A DNA stretch of 64,000 nucleotides, from the NCBI GenBank assembly GCA_000708835.1, contig DF237073.1:1-64000 (forward strand), in the 5' to 3' direction. Source of the DNA: Klebsormidium nitens (lineage: Eukaryota > Plantae > Klebsormidiophyceae). Positions 11,701 through 23,108 of this stretch are shown here, in pieces. A model generated the notes under the pieces. It was not told where the DNA came from. It ran no database searches and worked only from the letters and a program-made list of their open reading frames with translations. A program made the position numbers and the translations under genes. Numbering within the stretch: the first letter of the stretch is position 1; the number at the start of each line of letters is the position of its first letter.

Positions 11701-14233
11701 TCATGTCGCTTCGAAGGCACAGCAAGGGCTTCAGCCGCGGCTCCTCCAAATTTAGAGGAGTGACCAGACACCAGAAGGTACAAGCCCGATCTCCCTGAGA
11801 ATGGCGCTATTTGTTATGAAAGTGTTGTGATTGTCAAGCTGCAAGACACAGAGACCTTTGTTTCTGCCAGTCTACATTTTCGAAGCTTTCTTAAGGTAGG
11901 GAACGCTGCACTGACAGAATTCGATGTTCGAGAACAGGCTTTCCCTCAGCATTGACCCCGTGTCTTTCTTGTGCGTCTATAGGGACGGTGGGANNNNNNN
12001 NNNNNNNNNNNNNNNNNNNNNNNNNNNNNNNNNNNNNNNNNNNNNNNNNNNNNNNNNNNNNNNNNNNNNNNNNNNNNNNNNNNNNNNNNNNNNNNNNNNN
12101 NNNNNNNNNNNNNNNNNNNNNNNNNNNNNNNNNNNNNNNNNNNNNNNNNNNNNNNNNNNNNNNNNNNNNNNNNNNNNNNNNNNNNNNNNNNNNNNNNNNN
12201 NNNNNNNNNNNNNNNNNNNNNNNNNNNNNNNNNNNNNNNNNNNNNNNNNNNNNNNNNNNNNNNNNNNNNNNNNNNNNNNNNNNNNNNNNNNNNNNNNNNN
12301 NNNNNNNNNNNNNNNNNNNNNNNNNNNNNNNNNNNNNNNNNNNNNNNNNNNNNNNNNNNNNNNNNNNNNNNNNNNNNNNNNNNNNNNNNNNNNNNNNNNN
12401 NNNNNNNNNNNNNNNNNNNNNNNCTTGTGCGTCTATAGGGACGGTGGGAAGCCCGCATCGGTCAGCTGCAGGGGAAGAAGTACATGTATCTCGGGCTGTA
12501 CGACACGGAGGAGGAGGCCGCGGCAGCATACGACCGGGAAGCCATCAGGTGAAAACATTTGGCATTAATATCCCTTGTTTTAGCGAGGTGGATGCAACCG
12601 GCACCTTCTCTCTACTGGACTAGAATTGATAGGCCGTAAATCACGCGCCTCTGGTCCATCCGAAACGTCCTGACAACTCTCGCTCGGCTCTTCCAGGCAG
12701 AAGGGCCATCATGCCGTCACCAACTTCGACATCTCGCTGGTACGTTCCAAAACTCAGAGCACCGTCTGCAGCCTTTGCATCCCAAACAAAATTCTCGCCA
12801 GCTTTCGATTTCCCAGTGTTCGCAGCACTCGTTTCCTAGTGTACATTTTGAGTAGACAGCATCCTTTCTCAATGCTTTCTGGCCGACTTATTTTTTCGAC
12901 TTCTTCTTCCCCCCTGTCTTAGTGCCCCGCTCCTTGTGCTTTTCTTTTTTCGCTCGCGCTCTTTCGTTACTGACCTGCATTCAAGCCCGCTTACCGCCAG
13001 GTACTCCGAATTGTGTCTTAAAGCTTCTCGGAATTTCAGAGGTACTGAAACCCGCGCTTACCGGCCAGTACTCGCAGCTCCTCTCCCAGCAAGCCTCCCA
13101 GGCGGTGCAACGTCAGCAGGAGCAACAGCGCGCTCAGAGCCTTCAGCCCCCCCCATTTGCGCCACCCCCCCACGCCCAGCTGCCGCCCACTTCGCCCCCC
13201 TCCCTCCAAGCCTCGCCCCGATACGCGCCCCCCCGCGCGCGCACTCCCCCCTCCCGCCCGCACAGCTCCCCCCGCCAAGTCCGAAGCCCCAGCCTGCGCA
13301 GCCCGGGGGCCTCCAACCGACTGCGGCCGCAGGCCTCCTCCCCAACGTTTTCCCTCAGCGCCGCGCTCGGGCAGACGCCCCCCGGGAGCCCTCCCTACCA
13401 CCGGTCACAATCGTGGCCCCGGACGCAGCCGTTGAGCGGCCCCTACGTGGGCCTCGGGGGGTTCGCCCCGGTCGGCCCGCAACCCTCAGCTGCCGTACCC
13501 GCTGACGTGTCCTTGGAGCAGGCGGCTCTTTGGCGGTCGGTTTTCGGTCAGCCCGGTGGCGCGCACGTGGGCTGGGGCAACGTGCCAATGCCTCAGCCCA
13601 GTCCATCCGAGTTTCAGCCCGGGGCCATGCCACCACAACAGCGGCCAGCCAAATTGGTCGCAAGGCGCGGGCCGGTAGAAGCTCCGCCACTGGCTGCGGG
13701 CAGCCCCCCCCTTGGCAGCGGCGGCGGCACAGGAGGGGCGCAGCCGGTGCCCCAAACCGAGGTGGAGAGTACCCGGCCAGGCCTGGCTGCTCGAAGAAGG
13801 ATGCTGCGAAGGTGACTCTGAACGACGCACTATATCACAGCCTCTTGGCGGCCCATAGCCAGGAAGTGTGCCTTTTCAACTTTCCTTGCAATTCATCGAG
13901 ATTTACTGATGATCCTTGCAAATCCTCGGAGAACTTCGACTGAACGTATGCGCCGGACCTGTTGTGGTTTCCAAGCTAGGCGTTTCTTTGTGTCACTACT
14001 TGCAAAGTAACTTTGTTAGATCTCAAAGTGACATACGTTCTCAATTCGGCAGGCGGAAGATGGCGCTCTCCCAGATGTACCATCAGCAGCGGCAAATCGA
14101 CGACCTCGAACTGGTTGCTCCAGCGGAGCAGTCCCTCCAATCACAGCCCTCGCCTTATCCAGGCCAAGAACAGCCACTAGAGCAAGAACACCTGCAGGGG
14201 TTAGGAGGCCTGCATCCTTCGAGCTACGAGTGA
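8727..14233 (+). CDS. AP2-subfamily transcription factor with two AP2 domains
   Basis: Repeat 1: [20 protein letters not shown](E)[35 protein letters not shown], from exons 10656-10800, 10988-11028, 11235-11280, 11432-11493. Linker and repeat 2: [68 protein letters not shown]...[10 protein letters not shown], from exons 11677-11787, 12439-12548, 12697-12739, 13069-13811. The last exon is 14053-14233. The N-terminal low-complexity exons (8727-8871, about 9150-9912, 10287-10450) are less certain. Confidence 0.93.
11994..12423. other. Assembly gap (430 N) with the same 26 bp on both flanks
   Basis: cttgtgcgtctatagggacggtggga occurs at 11968-11993 and again at 12424-12449. Confidence 0.95.
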
Positions 14234-16017
14234 AACGTGAGACAGGACTAGTTTATTCAGGCTACATTATGGTGGTGGGTGGGGCGGGTAGAACTGTAGA
14301 CATTGCTTTAGACCGGCTGAGATCCTAAGGACGACAACAGGCGAAGTTTGGCAAATTTCAACTCTGGTGCTGTACTGTATAGGATGCTAGAAAAGTAGGC
14401 GGCCTCTCCTGGTTGAGGGTGCAGGTTCAAGATAGCCTTTAGCTCACGGACCTTCTTGCTGTTAGAGGCTGAAGCTCTGAGTGTACAAGAAATGTGCCGC
14501 GGCCCAGCTCGTAAGAGCGAAGAGTTTGGCGCTGTCCCTGGAGCGGGTAGGATTTTAGTTAGGCGAAATCTCATCGAAGTTTCATCAGTGTGTGAACAAC
14601 AGTGTGCGAACAACGGTGCGTAGAACTGCATAGACAGTTTCGCTCGGACAAATTTCTTGTAGGCCACTTCGAACTGCCAATGGCAACATTCATCTGGGTT
14701 CGTTCCTTTTGGAAAGGGCCTTGAATAAGCAGTAAAAGATCTTTAAAAGGACCCGAGGAGTTTGCTGGACTTTCAAGTTGGTCCAAATTGCCACGGTGAC
14801 AAGTGGGTCATGTGTTCCGCTAACATCTGTATGTATGTTGAAACAACTGTCGCTGGACTTGTGATCCTTAAAAATGGGTAGAGGAAACAGGATGTGCTTA
14901 CTAAGTAATTGCTTAACTGTACACAGTGTGCCCTTCAGCAATGCGTCAAGTTCAAAACAAGAATGCCAAAGTCATGAATCGCAGCTTCGCAGCTTTTGAG
15001 TTTACTTCTTCTGGCAATCTCATGGCGACCTCTGAATCTTGCACTACTTAGCCTCGCTCCCTTGGGGTCCCCCAGTCAGGCAGATTATCTGATCGAAGGG
15101 GAACCAGAAAGGTCCCATACTGAGCCTGCTGAAAACAATCAGGTTTGAGGAGTTGTATGCGTTCAGGAGAACTCCAAGTCGTCTCTGATGAGAATCAAGT
15201 TAAGGAGACAACCAGTCCCTTTTGCACAGATCGGTAGGAACGGAGTCATCGCCGTCGTCATCTTCCAAGGCATGGCAATTGGAACCAAGCATAACACCCA
15301 GACACCCGCATGCCATTGGATTCGAGCTGGTCAATTGATCAAATGCACGTCAATATAGGGACCATACGAGGTGGCCGGAAAGTGCTCTAAACCTGGGCAC
15401 AATCTGGAAGGGGTGAGAGGAGTCCCACCGTCTAGCGCTTGTTTGTTTGCACTGTTCCGAGCATTATTGAAACATCGTATTTGTGAATTCAACGTTTGAG
15501 ATGCAGCTACATTTTTGCAGATAATTTTTCGGTCTGCCGCAGACTGCCATGATAAGATTAAAGTATCCGAGCTTGAATCCGTGTACAATGACCTCACAGG
15601 AATGCAGGAATATCGAGAGATCGACTGGCTGATCGAAATTCAATTGAGCGGTTGTAGTCGGCATCGAGCGGCCACCGTAAATATGGTTGCTCAGAATGAA
15701 GAATAAGTGAAAGTCAACAAGCCCTTCATCAGTCTGTAGTCCTTCCTTGCAATCGAATCTGCAAGGATGATCAGGTCTTGCAATCTACCTCTTGCAGTAG
15801 AAACGATGTTGGGTGCGTCTCGAACGTCGATCGGAAGGGTCGGTGGAAACGATCGACGGCTGCGATAAACTGCGCAGAACCCTGGCTCCGTCCACGTAGC
15901 AGCATGGGACAGTGGCCGTCGGCTGCTTCGCGGCCGCCCTGCTTCAGGCTTCAAACTTGAGGGTGGGAGTTCAACGCTGCATTCAACTTCAAGAGTGACA
16001 CTTTGCATGTGGCAGCG

Positions 16018-17224
16018 ATGGGGCCGCTTCTTCTCAGAGGACTGCTCCTTACTCGTGTTCCTGGGTCTCTTCTCAACCGCCATGGCGCCTTTGAAGCTGC
16101 CCTTGGAGCGCGCTTTGTCAGCTCTGCGGAGGGCGCCAGTGCAGAAGCCGGTGAGAGGATGATAACAGTCTTCACTTTTGAGATTTGAAGAATCAAGAGG
16201 CAGCGATTCAACTGCTCCATTCAACATCTGTTCTGCGATAGTTGGCAATGTGGGTGGGTCTCAGTCAGCCCAGAGCTTGCCGCTTACCCTTTCTGAAAGC
16301 TTTGCTGTATCTGAATGCTGTAAGGGTAATCCTCTGTTCCACTGGTCGTCTGCTTCCGGCTGTACTTGGTAAGCTCGTACTCCTTCAGTATTGATTTGTT
16401 TCCGTGGTGGGTTTAGGCTTTCATTTGCACTATACAATTATTCAACTTACCACCACCACATTGATGAGCTTCAACACAGAGTCTTTGATCAACACTCTTG
16501 TTTACTTCTCACGTTGTAGATTGCACATCACCGCTGATCATTTTCCATGTTTTCCATGTTTTCAGCCTGAGAGGTTGAAAATTCATGTGAAGGCTGAAAC
16601 AGAGCACCTGATTGGCCAGCATGTTGGAATCAAACTTCAGACTCAGACGCTTTTAAGTGTGAGGAGTCTGTGGTGGACCTGGCTTTTGCAAAAAGTAGAT
16701 GAGGAATGATCTTATTTCATGGCGCCTTTTGGTTCTCTGGTGCAGATGTGACACCGGATCTCTTCCTCACGAGGATCGGCAAGGGGTGCGAGGGCTTGGT
16801 CGACAAGTTCCCAGGGGGCCTGCAAGAGATCCTTGGAAGTGGCGGCCAAAAGTTGAAGAAGATGGGTGTAGCGGTGAAACAAGTGAGAGCAACTGCCTCT
16901 TTAAGCAACTGCCTTGGTTATGTTTTGTTGCACCAGGTTGCCCCGGCCTTCGCAGTTGGAGATTTCAACTGCTGAACTTTTTCAACTGCTGAACTTGGAA
17001 TCATGCAACTTTTGATTCACACTTGAAGTTTGTCAACCGGAGCACCGTTCCTCCAATGTTCCCATGAAGCGCACTTGATAATGTAGGGGCTTGTGGATTG
17101 GAGGCTGAGTCGAATAGCTTATATTTGCATGATCTGACCCCTCTGCAAACTGTTTGCACTGCAGCGTAAGCTGATCATGCGACACACAGAGCAGTTCAAG
17201 CAGGGAGTGTGGCACCCGATGTAA
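16018..17224 (+). CDS. IGR-motif protein (mitochondrial ribosomal protein mS41/Fyv4-like)
   Basis: Exons 16018-16150, 16746-16882 and 17165-17224 are phase-compatible. They encode an Arg/Leu/Ala-rich presequence-like N-terminus, then DVTPDLFLTRIGKGCEGLVDKFPGGLQEILGSGGQKLKKMGVAVKQ-RKLIMRHTEQFKQGVWHPM*, which matches the IGR/SAM-like domain pattern. Confidence 0.85.
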
Positions 17225-19749
17225 GTCTTCAAGCATAAGTGTGGAAGTTTCTATACCTAGAAAGCTCCAGCTTGCATCTTGCTCATACACAGCAGAAACA
17301 TCTATGTAGCAGCAAGATTATCGATTCAAACAGTTTTTCTGGCTGCGATCGTTTGGTTCTGGAGTGAGCCTGATCGAACCTTTGGGGAGGAGGCTGGGTA
17401 AGAGCTTGTGTCAAGGTGTCCATGGTGTTTTCTCAGAGAATCATGGTTGTATTTCTGCAGTCCAGCCGTCTTGAAAGCTAGGAAAGGGCGCATGCCAGCC
17501 GTGGCAACTCCCCTGGCACCTTTGGCAGCGTCTACAACTTTGGAGGACGTGGCAGAGGGGGCAGCCTCAGCGGAAACTGCCGCCGCAGCGGAAACATGTA
17601 AGCTCACCCGAGAACGCAGGAAAGTCGGTAGAGACCGGTCTCCAGGGCTTCAAGACAGACGGATTTATGAAAGAGTCTGGTGATGCGTGAAGAATCCTGA
17701 GGGGAAGAATCCTGAGGGGAAGGCCCCTTGATTCTCCACTCTGATCAGTCCCATCCGAAAAGGCTTTTCCTTTCACCGACATGTTCCAGAATGTGCAGAT
17801 TGAACCTGAACAAGCCCTCAGTTTGTACCATGGCCGTTTGTGACGACGTTGCGAGGAAGCGCCTCAGTTCTTGCATTTGTGGTATGAGAGCCCTTCCCCC
17901 TTCCTAAGTTGACGGGTGTGCACTGGGCGCTAAATATGTAATCCAATTCGGGGCTGTGGCATGAAACTTATCGAGTAGTGACGAGCGACTTGAGTTATGG
18001 TTGAGTAAACCAGCTTTACTCCACCATAAGGAACTTCTTGAAGCGGCATGCGTGCTGATGCTGATTCTTTCTGTCCTGCAGCGGAGCCTTCGACTGAGTC
18101 TTCAGCTGAGCCTTCAGCCTAGCGCTGACTTCAGAAGCGGAGGGGTCCCCAACTTTCTCATGTGGCCCCCCGACTGTCATGGCAGCGCTGGATATGAACG
18201 GAGTCCAGCGAAGCGAATTACGAGCAGTTGCCTGATCAGTTGGACAAACGGCACTCTGAGGCGGGAGGAACCGGAGCTGTCGGAACCAAGAGCAGAAGCT
18301 TCGTTTTTCCAGGTTCGCCGCTTGGCATCCGCACTCAACGTCCTGTTTCAATCGGAATGCCCGTTTGTGAGGCAGACGTCAAGCTAGTTCGCTTTGAGGC
18401 CCGCCAAATAGCTACTCCTAGAGTTGTGGTCAAACGTTATCTGGGTAGAGCGCATGCCCACACGGTCACTATTTGGTGTCAGGTTCTGGCATGCGAGTAC
18501 GGCGTTTTTTGGCAGGAGCGCCTGTCAGAAACCCGCCGATCTGCCATCCCGGGCTTGAGTAGGTTGGTTGCTGGGTTACAAGATCATAGATCAGCAGAAG
18601 ATGTTTCCAGGGACGTGTCACCACTTGATTTGCAGCCGCAAGCAGCAGAAAGCCAGTTTGGAAGACTTTGTTACGATGTTCTTTCTTAAAAGGCCGTGTC
18701 AGTTCGTCGGAACAATGGGGCTGCTGCGATAGGACCTATATTCGTAGGAGGTGCTTACTCGAGGGGCTTCACGTATGCAAGATTCGTTGGATCGACACCA
18801 AGAATAAATATTTGCGGGCAGTTAGGCGCTGCAGAGCTGGCTGCTACTATAGACGATCCAAGCTTGCTAATCAATCATGAGATCCGCGGATGAATGCATT
18901 AATCTTGCCATGACGCTGCACTGAGCGAATATGCGCAACATTGTTTGAAGTACCTAGCTCTGCTCAACGGTTGACTTGCTATGCGTGTTGCGCAATCATG
19001 GAGGGATCTGCCCGATAGAAGATTCGGGTGACCTGAACTATAGCTTGAAGGCAGCATGCTTGGCGAAACGTATCGACGGCTAGGTATAGTGGCATGCCTT
19101 TGACCGCTTGATCGCTTTCGCTGGAGCATGACTGCGCTATGTTTATCTGGAGGATCGAACCTTTGAATTAATGCATTGTCCAACTGCAGAAACTCGTCAT
19201 GACGAACATATACGTGTACGTGACAATACGGCCATGCATCTTGTCTAACAATACGGTAGATTCTTGCACGAAGATCAACAAGTTTCTTCTACACATGCAA
19301 AATTACTGTTTGCAACGATCCGGAAAAACAAAAATCACTATGAAACGCAAGCTTGGGATCACCCTTCCAGATCTCATGAGCACACTGAGGCACCCTGTTC
19401 ATCGAAAGGAAGCCTCGGATTGTCCCCTTGATATCATACACACACCATTGAAGGACGCGCCGTTGAGACTACCCAGTAAGCAGCTTATAAAGTATCTTGC
19501 TTCGCTTTGCATTGGTCGACCACCCCTTCCCTAGAGGCGCCCTTGTCAACGTTCTGTAACTAAGCTCAACTCAAACATCAGTATCGAAGGACCGCAAAAC
19601 TGCCTAACTACAATTCTTCCGAAGCATGTCTAAACCGCAATTTCAAAATTTCGAGCAGATGTATGTACACAGGCTACTGATTCATTCCGATCTTATTTGT
19701 ACGACAGCAGGTCGTCTCTTGGTCACTGAGTACCCAGGCAAATCGACAA

Positions 19750-22700
19750 TCAATGAATTGTAGAACCATCGGGTAGCTCCTCGACGAAAACGGGGCCTGA
19801 TGACGTTACGAGAGGCTTGCCAGCGAAATGTGCGTGCCCGCCTGCATTCGAGTACGACACATGTCACTCACCCAACAAGGCTTTGCAGCCGATGAATTGC
19901 ATTGGCCACCCTCGAAAGGCCAAACAGATTCCTGCCAGAATAATCACTGAACAACAATCCTTTGAAAAGTCTCCCTAACGGCTGCACATCAGTCCCTCCC
20001 AACCGGAAGCAGGCAAGACAACACAACACGCTCTTTTGAACCTCAAAGGAAAATGTTCGAAGTGGCTTCAATGTGATCGGTGTCTTTTCAAAGGACACGG
20101 GATGTTCGTGGCGAAATAGACACAGGGAGTGCGTGGGTGCCGCACAGCCTGCAACACGGCCTACGTGGTGCTCTAGCACTTTCTTAGGGCCGGGGGCTGA
20201 CCTGGGTGCAGCTCCGGCCCGGGGTAAAGAATGTGCGGACAGAATGTCCATTTTAGGTTTGGAATCATCAGCCCTGAACCCCAAATTCTAAAAAGGACGC
20301 GGACAAGCCGTTTGAGGTCGCCCAACAGAAACGACTGGTCACTGTTTTAGAGCCGCTCGTGAGTACCGGTACTCCAACTTTTTGTACGGGCAAAAAGCAA
20401 ACGTCCGAAGTCAGAGTAGAACCGCAGAATTCCGCGAATGGAGAGCAAGCCAAGAAAGGTCCAGACGCCGGGAATACACTCATAATCATCTGAAATTAGC
20501 GAAACAGCAAATGCGCTATCATCAAAAAAGTCAACGCGAGGACTCACCTCTGATCGTCAACAGAGGAACCATTTTCTCCCATACTTTCGAACTCAACTTC
20601 TTGTCCGGACTGTCACTCGGAACACCCCCCTGCAGTGAATGAAACGGAATGAGTGCTCCAGCATCAGAGAAGTGTCATCATAGCACCAGTCACAGCAAGC
20701 GCCAAGTGATACAGATATACGAAGGAGCCCTGCAAAACTTGCCCCAGTCTAAGATACGCCTAAATCGTGTCAAAGAAGATCACATAACTCGTAAGAGCTA
20801 GGAGCACGTTTCATGTGAGCGACTGAGTGATCAAGGGCCTCCCTTACCTCTAGGAATACGCGATCCCCGATGGACGACGACACTGCAGGCTCCAGTACCT
20901 GCAAGGAAAGGACGAAGTCAGAAGAGAGATTCTGAAACAGTGCCACAACCAGGTTGCAAACGAGAGGAAAAAAGGGCTTTTAGCCTTGTCTCTGAGCGTG
21001 GCCTAATTCCCACAAGGAACTTCGTCACAGTCTGTAACCTTTGAGAGGGGAAGTGCTGAAGAGCACACATCGAATCGCAGCACTCAATCCATCATAGACG
21101 TGCCACCAACCCACCCGTCTGCCTTAAAAGCCTTTACACCTTCCCTCCTCTGAAAACCCAGCCCTGTAATGGCACACAGCAGAGCCCTACCTTCACTTTC
21201 CGCTGGTCATCCTTCTCGTCCGTCCCCGCAGCCAGCGGCCCCTCCCCCGCCAGAATCATCGCCTCGCTAGCCACCCCACCCAGCTTGGCCGGCTTCAGAT
21301 TTAGGATCAAAACCACCAGTTTCAGCAGCAGGTCCTCCTTCTTCACGTGCTTCTTCAGCCCCGCAACCACTTGGCGCATCTCCCCCGGCGCAATCTCGAC
21401 CTTGACCACTATGAGCTTTTCGGAGTTGGGGTGGTCCTCGATCTCCGTGACGCGCCCGACTTGGAGCCACGCCTTGGAGAAGTTTTGCTCATCTCCGGGG
21501 GAGAGGCTAGAGGATGGGCCTGCACAAGGAAAGGGGACTGCTGTTCAGAAAGGTTCAGAATACACAACGAAACAAGAGAAATTGTTCAAATGCACGATAG
21601 ACATTCTGCTCATTTTCAATCTAGAACTGGTTTATGGGCCTGCTGAAACAAGGTGATTCACTGTCCAATGGCTGTGCCTGTGCAGCAGAACGACTGAGAC
21701 AGGCCCTGCTTCTGTGAGTAGAGCAGGGGTGCAAGTGCAGAGAAGAAGAGAGGATCAAGGTGAAAACAGGAAAGGGCGTCACTGGACCCTTACAGAGAGA
21801 CGCAAGTTTCTTAACCAACATAGAACCAGTGTTACATCAGCAACCACTGAGACCAGCGACAGCGGTGTATGATTTGGCATCTCAATAAGCACCAATGCGT
21901 TTAACCTTGACCAATGGGTCAAACCTTGACAAAGTGGCTCTGCAGCTTCAAGCTGACCCTTTTGAGAGAACGACCTGAATCCTCTTTTAAAAGCTGACGT
22001 GCACAAGCCCTGATAATCGTCCCACCAGTCAGCCTTGCTTTCAAGGTGCATATCAGCAATCGCTTATAATGCATCAAGGCCATTTTGTAGCAATCAAATA
22101 GCAAGGTTGGGGCCGACAAACCTGGCTCAGCGCTTGGGTCCGGAGTGCCAGCAGGATGCACGTGCGTAGACGGGTCTGCATGCGCCTTGTCTGAAACCCC
22201 GCCAGGGGGGACAGGGGGCCCCACAATCGCAGGAGCGTCACTTGTCGCCGGCTTCAGCACGGTCAGGCCGCCTGAAGGGGAGGCCGCAGCAACCTGGATT
22301 ATGAATGGTGCTCATTCGATTAGTGGTGAAATGCCTGATGGCTGAGTGGCTAAATCCTGTGTGGATGAGAGGTAAGATGCTTGACTACAGAGAGGTAAGC
22401 GGCTTCCATGTTTGATTAAGGGGTGGTGTAACATAATCTGGAGTGCTAAATTGCCAAGGACATGTGGTTCAGCAACAGTAATGAAGTCAACATGTTGACA
22501 CCAAACGGCTCTGCCAGGCTCAGGCCGCACAATTGTAGGAGCGCTGAGAAGATAGGAATGCAACCCAGGAAGAACATCGATAGCCGCTCGCGCTTCGTTG
22601 AACAACATAGCCAGTCAGACAGCATGGTAATCATGGTCCCAGTGGTAATGGTGTCTGGTGGCAATGTGTAACCTACGAGGCAATATTTCCCAGCCATGGG

Positions 22701-23108
22701 CCAACCTGAAGCCCCAGACAACAGCAGTGCACATCGCCTGACGACTTACTCAAAAAGGTGCCATTATTGGCAAAACATTACAAGAGCTTTGAGCGCTCTG
22801 CATTGGAAAAATATTTTTAGCATTCCAATCTTGTCACAAAACACAACACTCCACTTCAAAGCACCCCAATTCATATGTACCTGAGCAAGAGTTTGGGCCT
22901 GAGGTACAAAGGACGGGGCGTCTGCATTTAGCTTCGTGGGCGTTGAGGCGCCTGACGGCCTCGGCGCGTCCTCTCGCAGCGCCGCCGCCCCTTCATGGCC
23001 ATCACCTGAGGATGCCATCGCAGGAGACTTGGAAGGCCGGGCTTGAAGGCGATCAATCAGCTTGTTCACGGTCTCCAAAGCCTTCTCCAAGCTGCTTGTA
23101 TCGGACAT
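19750..23108 (-). CDS. tRNA-binding OB-fold protein (EMAP II/Arc1p/Trbp111-type C-terminal domain) with an N-terminal helix and PAM2 motif
   Basis: Exons 23108-22881, 22293-22122, 21519-21191, 20898-20848, 20629-20548 and 19841-19750 splice in phase. Domain sequence: LQVGRVTEIEDHPNSEKLIVVKVEI...VAGLKKH...LVVLILNLKPAKLGGVASEAMILAG...VLEPAVSSSIGDRVFLEGGVPSDSPDKKLSSKVWEKMVPLLTIRGGHAHFAGKPLVTSSGPVFVEELPDGSTIH*. Confidence 0.88.

Noticed and set aside
11891-12623. ORFs spanning the N gap
   Set aside because: These are artefacts of translating Ns.
13812-14300. miR172-type target site expected in land-plant euAP2 genes
   Set aside because: No matching sequence was seen in the 3' part of the gene.
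15331-16248. Minus-strand ORFs including the 185-aa ORF
   Set aside because: They overlap IGR exon 1 on the other strand and have no recognisable domain. A decayed gene is possible but unsupported.
16965-17735. Small direct duplications (ttcaactgctgaactt x2; gaagaatcctgagggg x2)
   Set aside because: These are ordinary slippage duplications in non-coding DNA and not CRISPR-like: two copies with no spacers.
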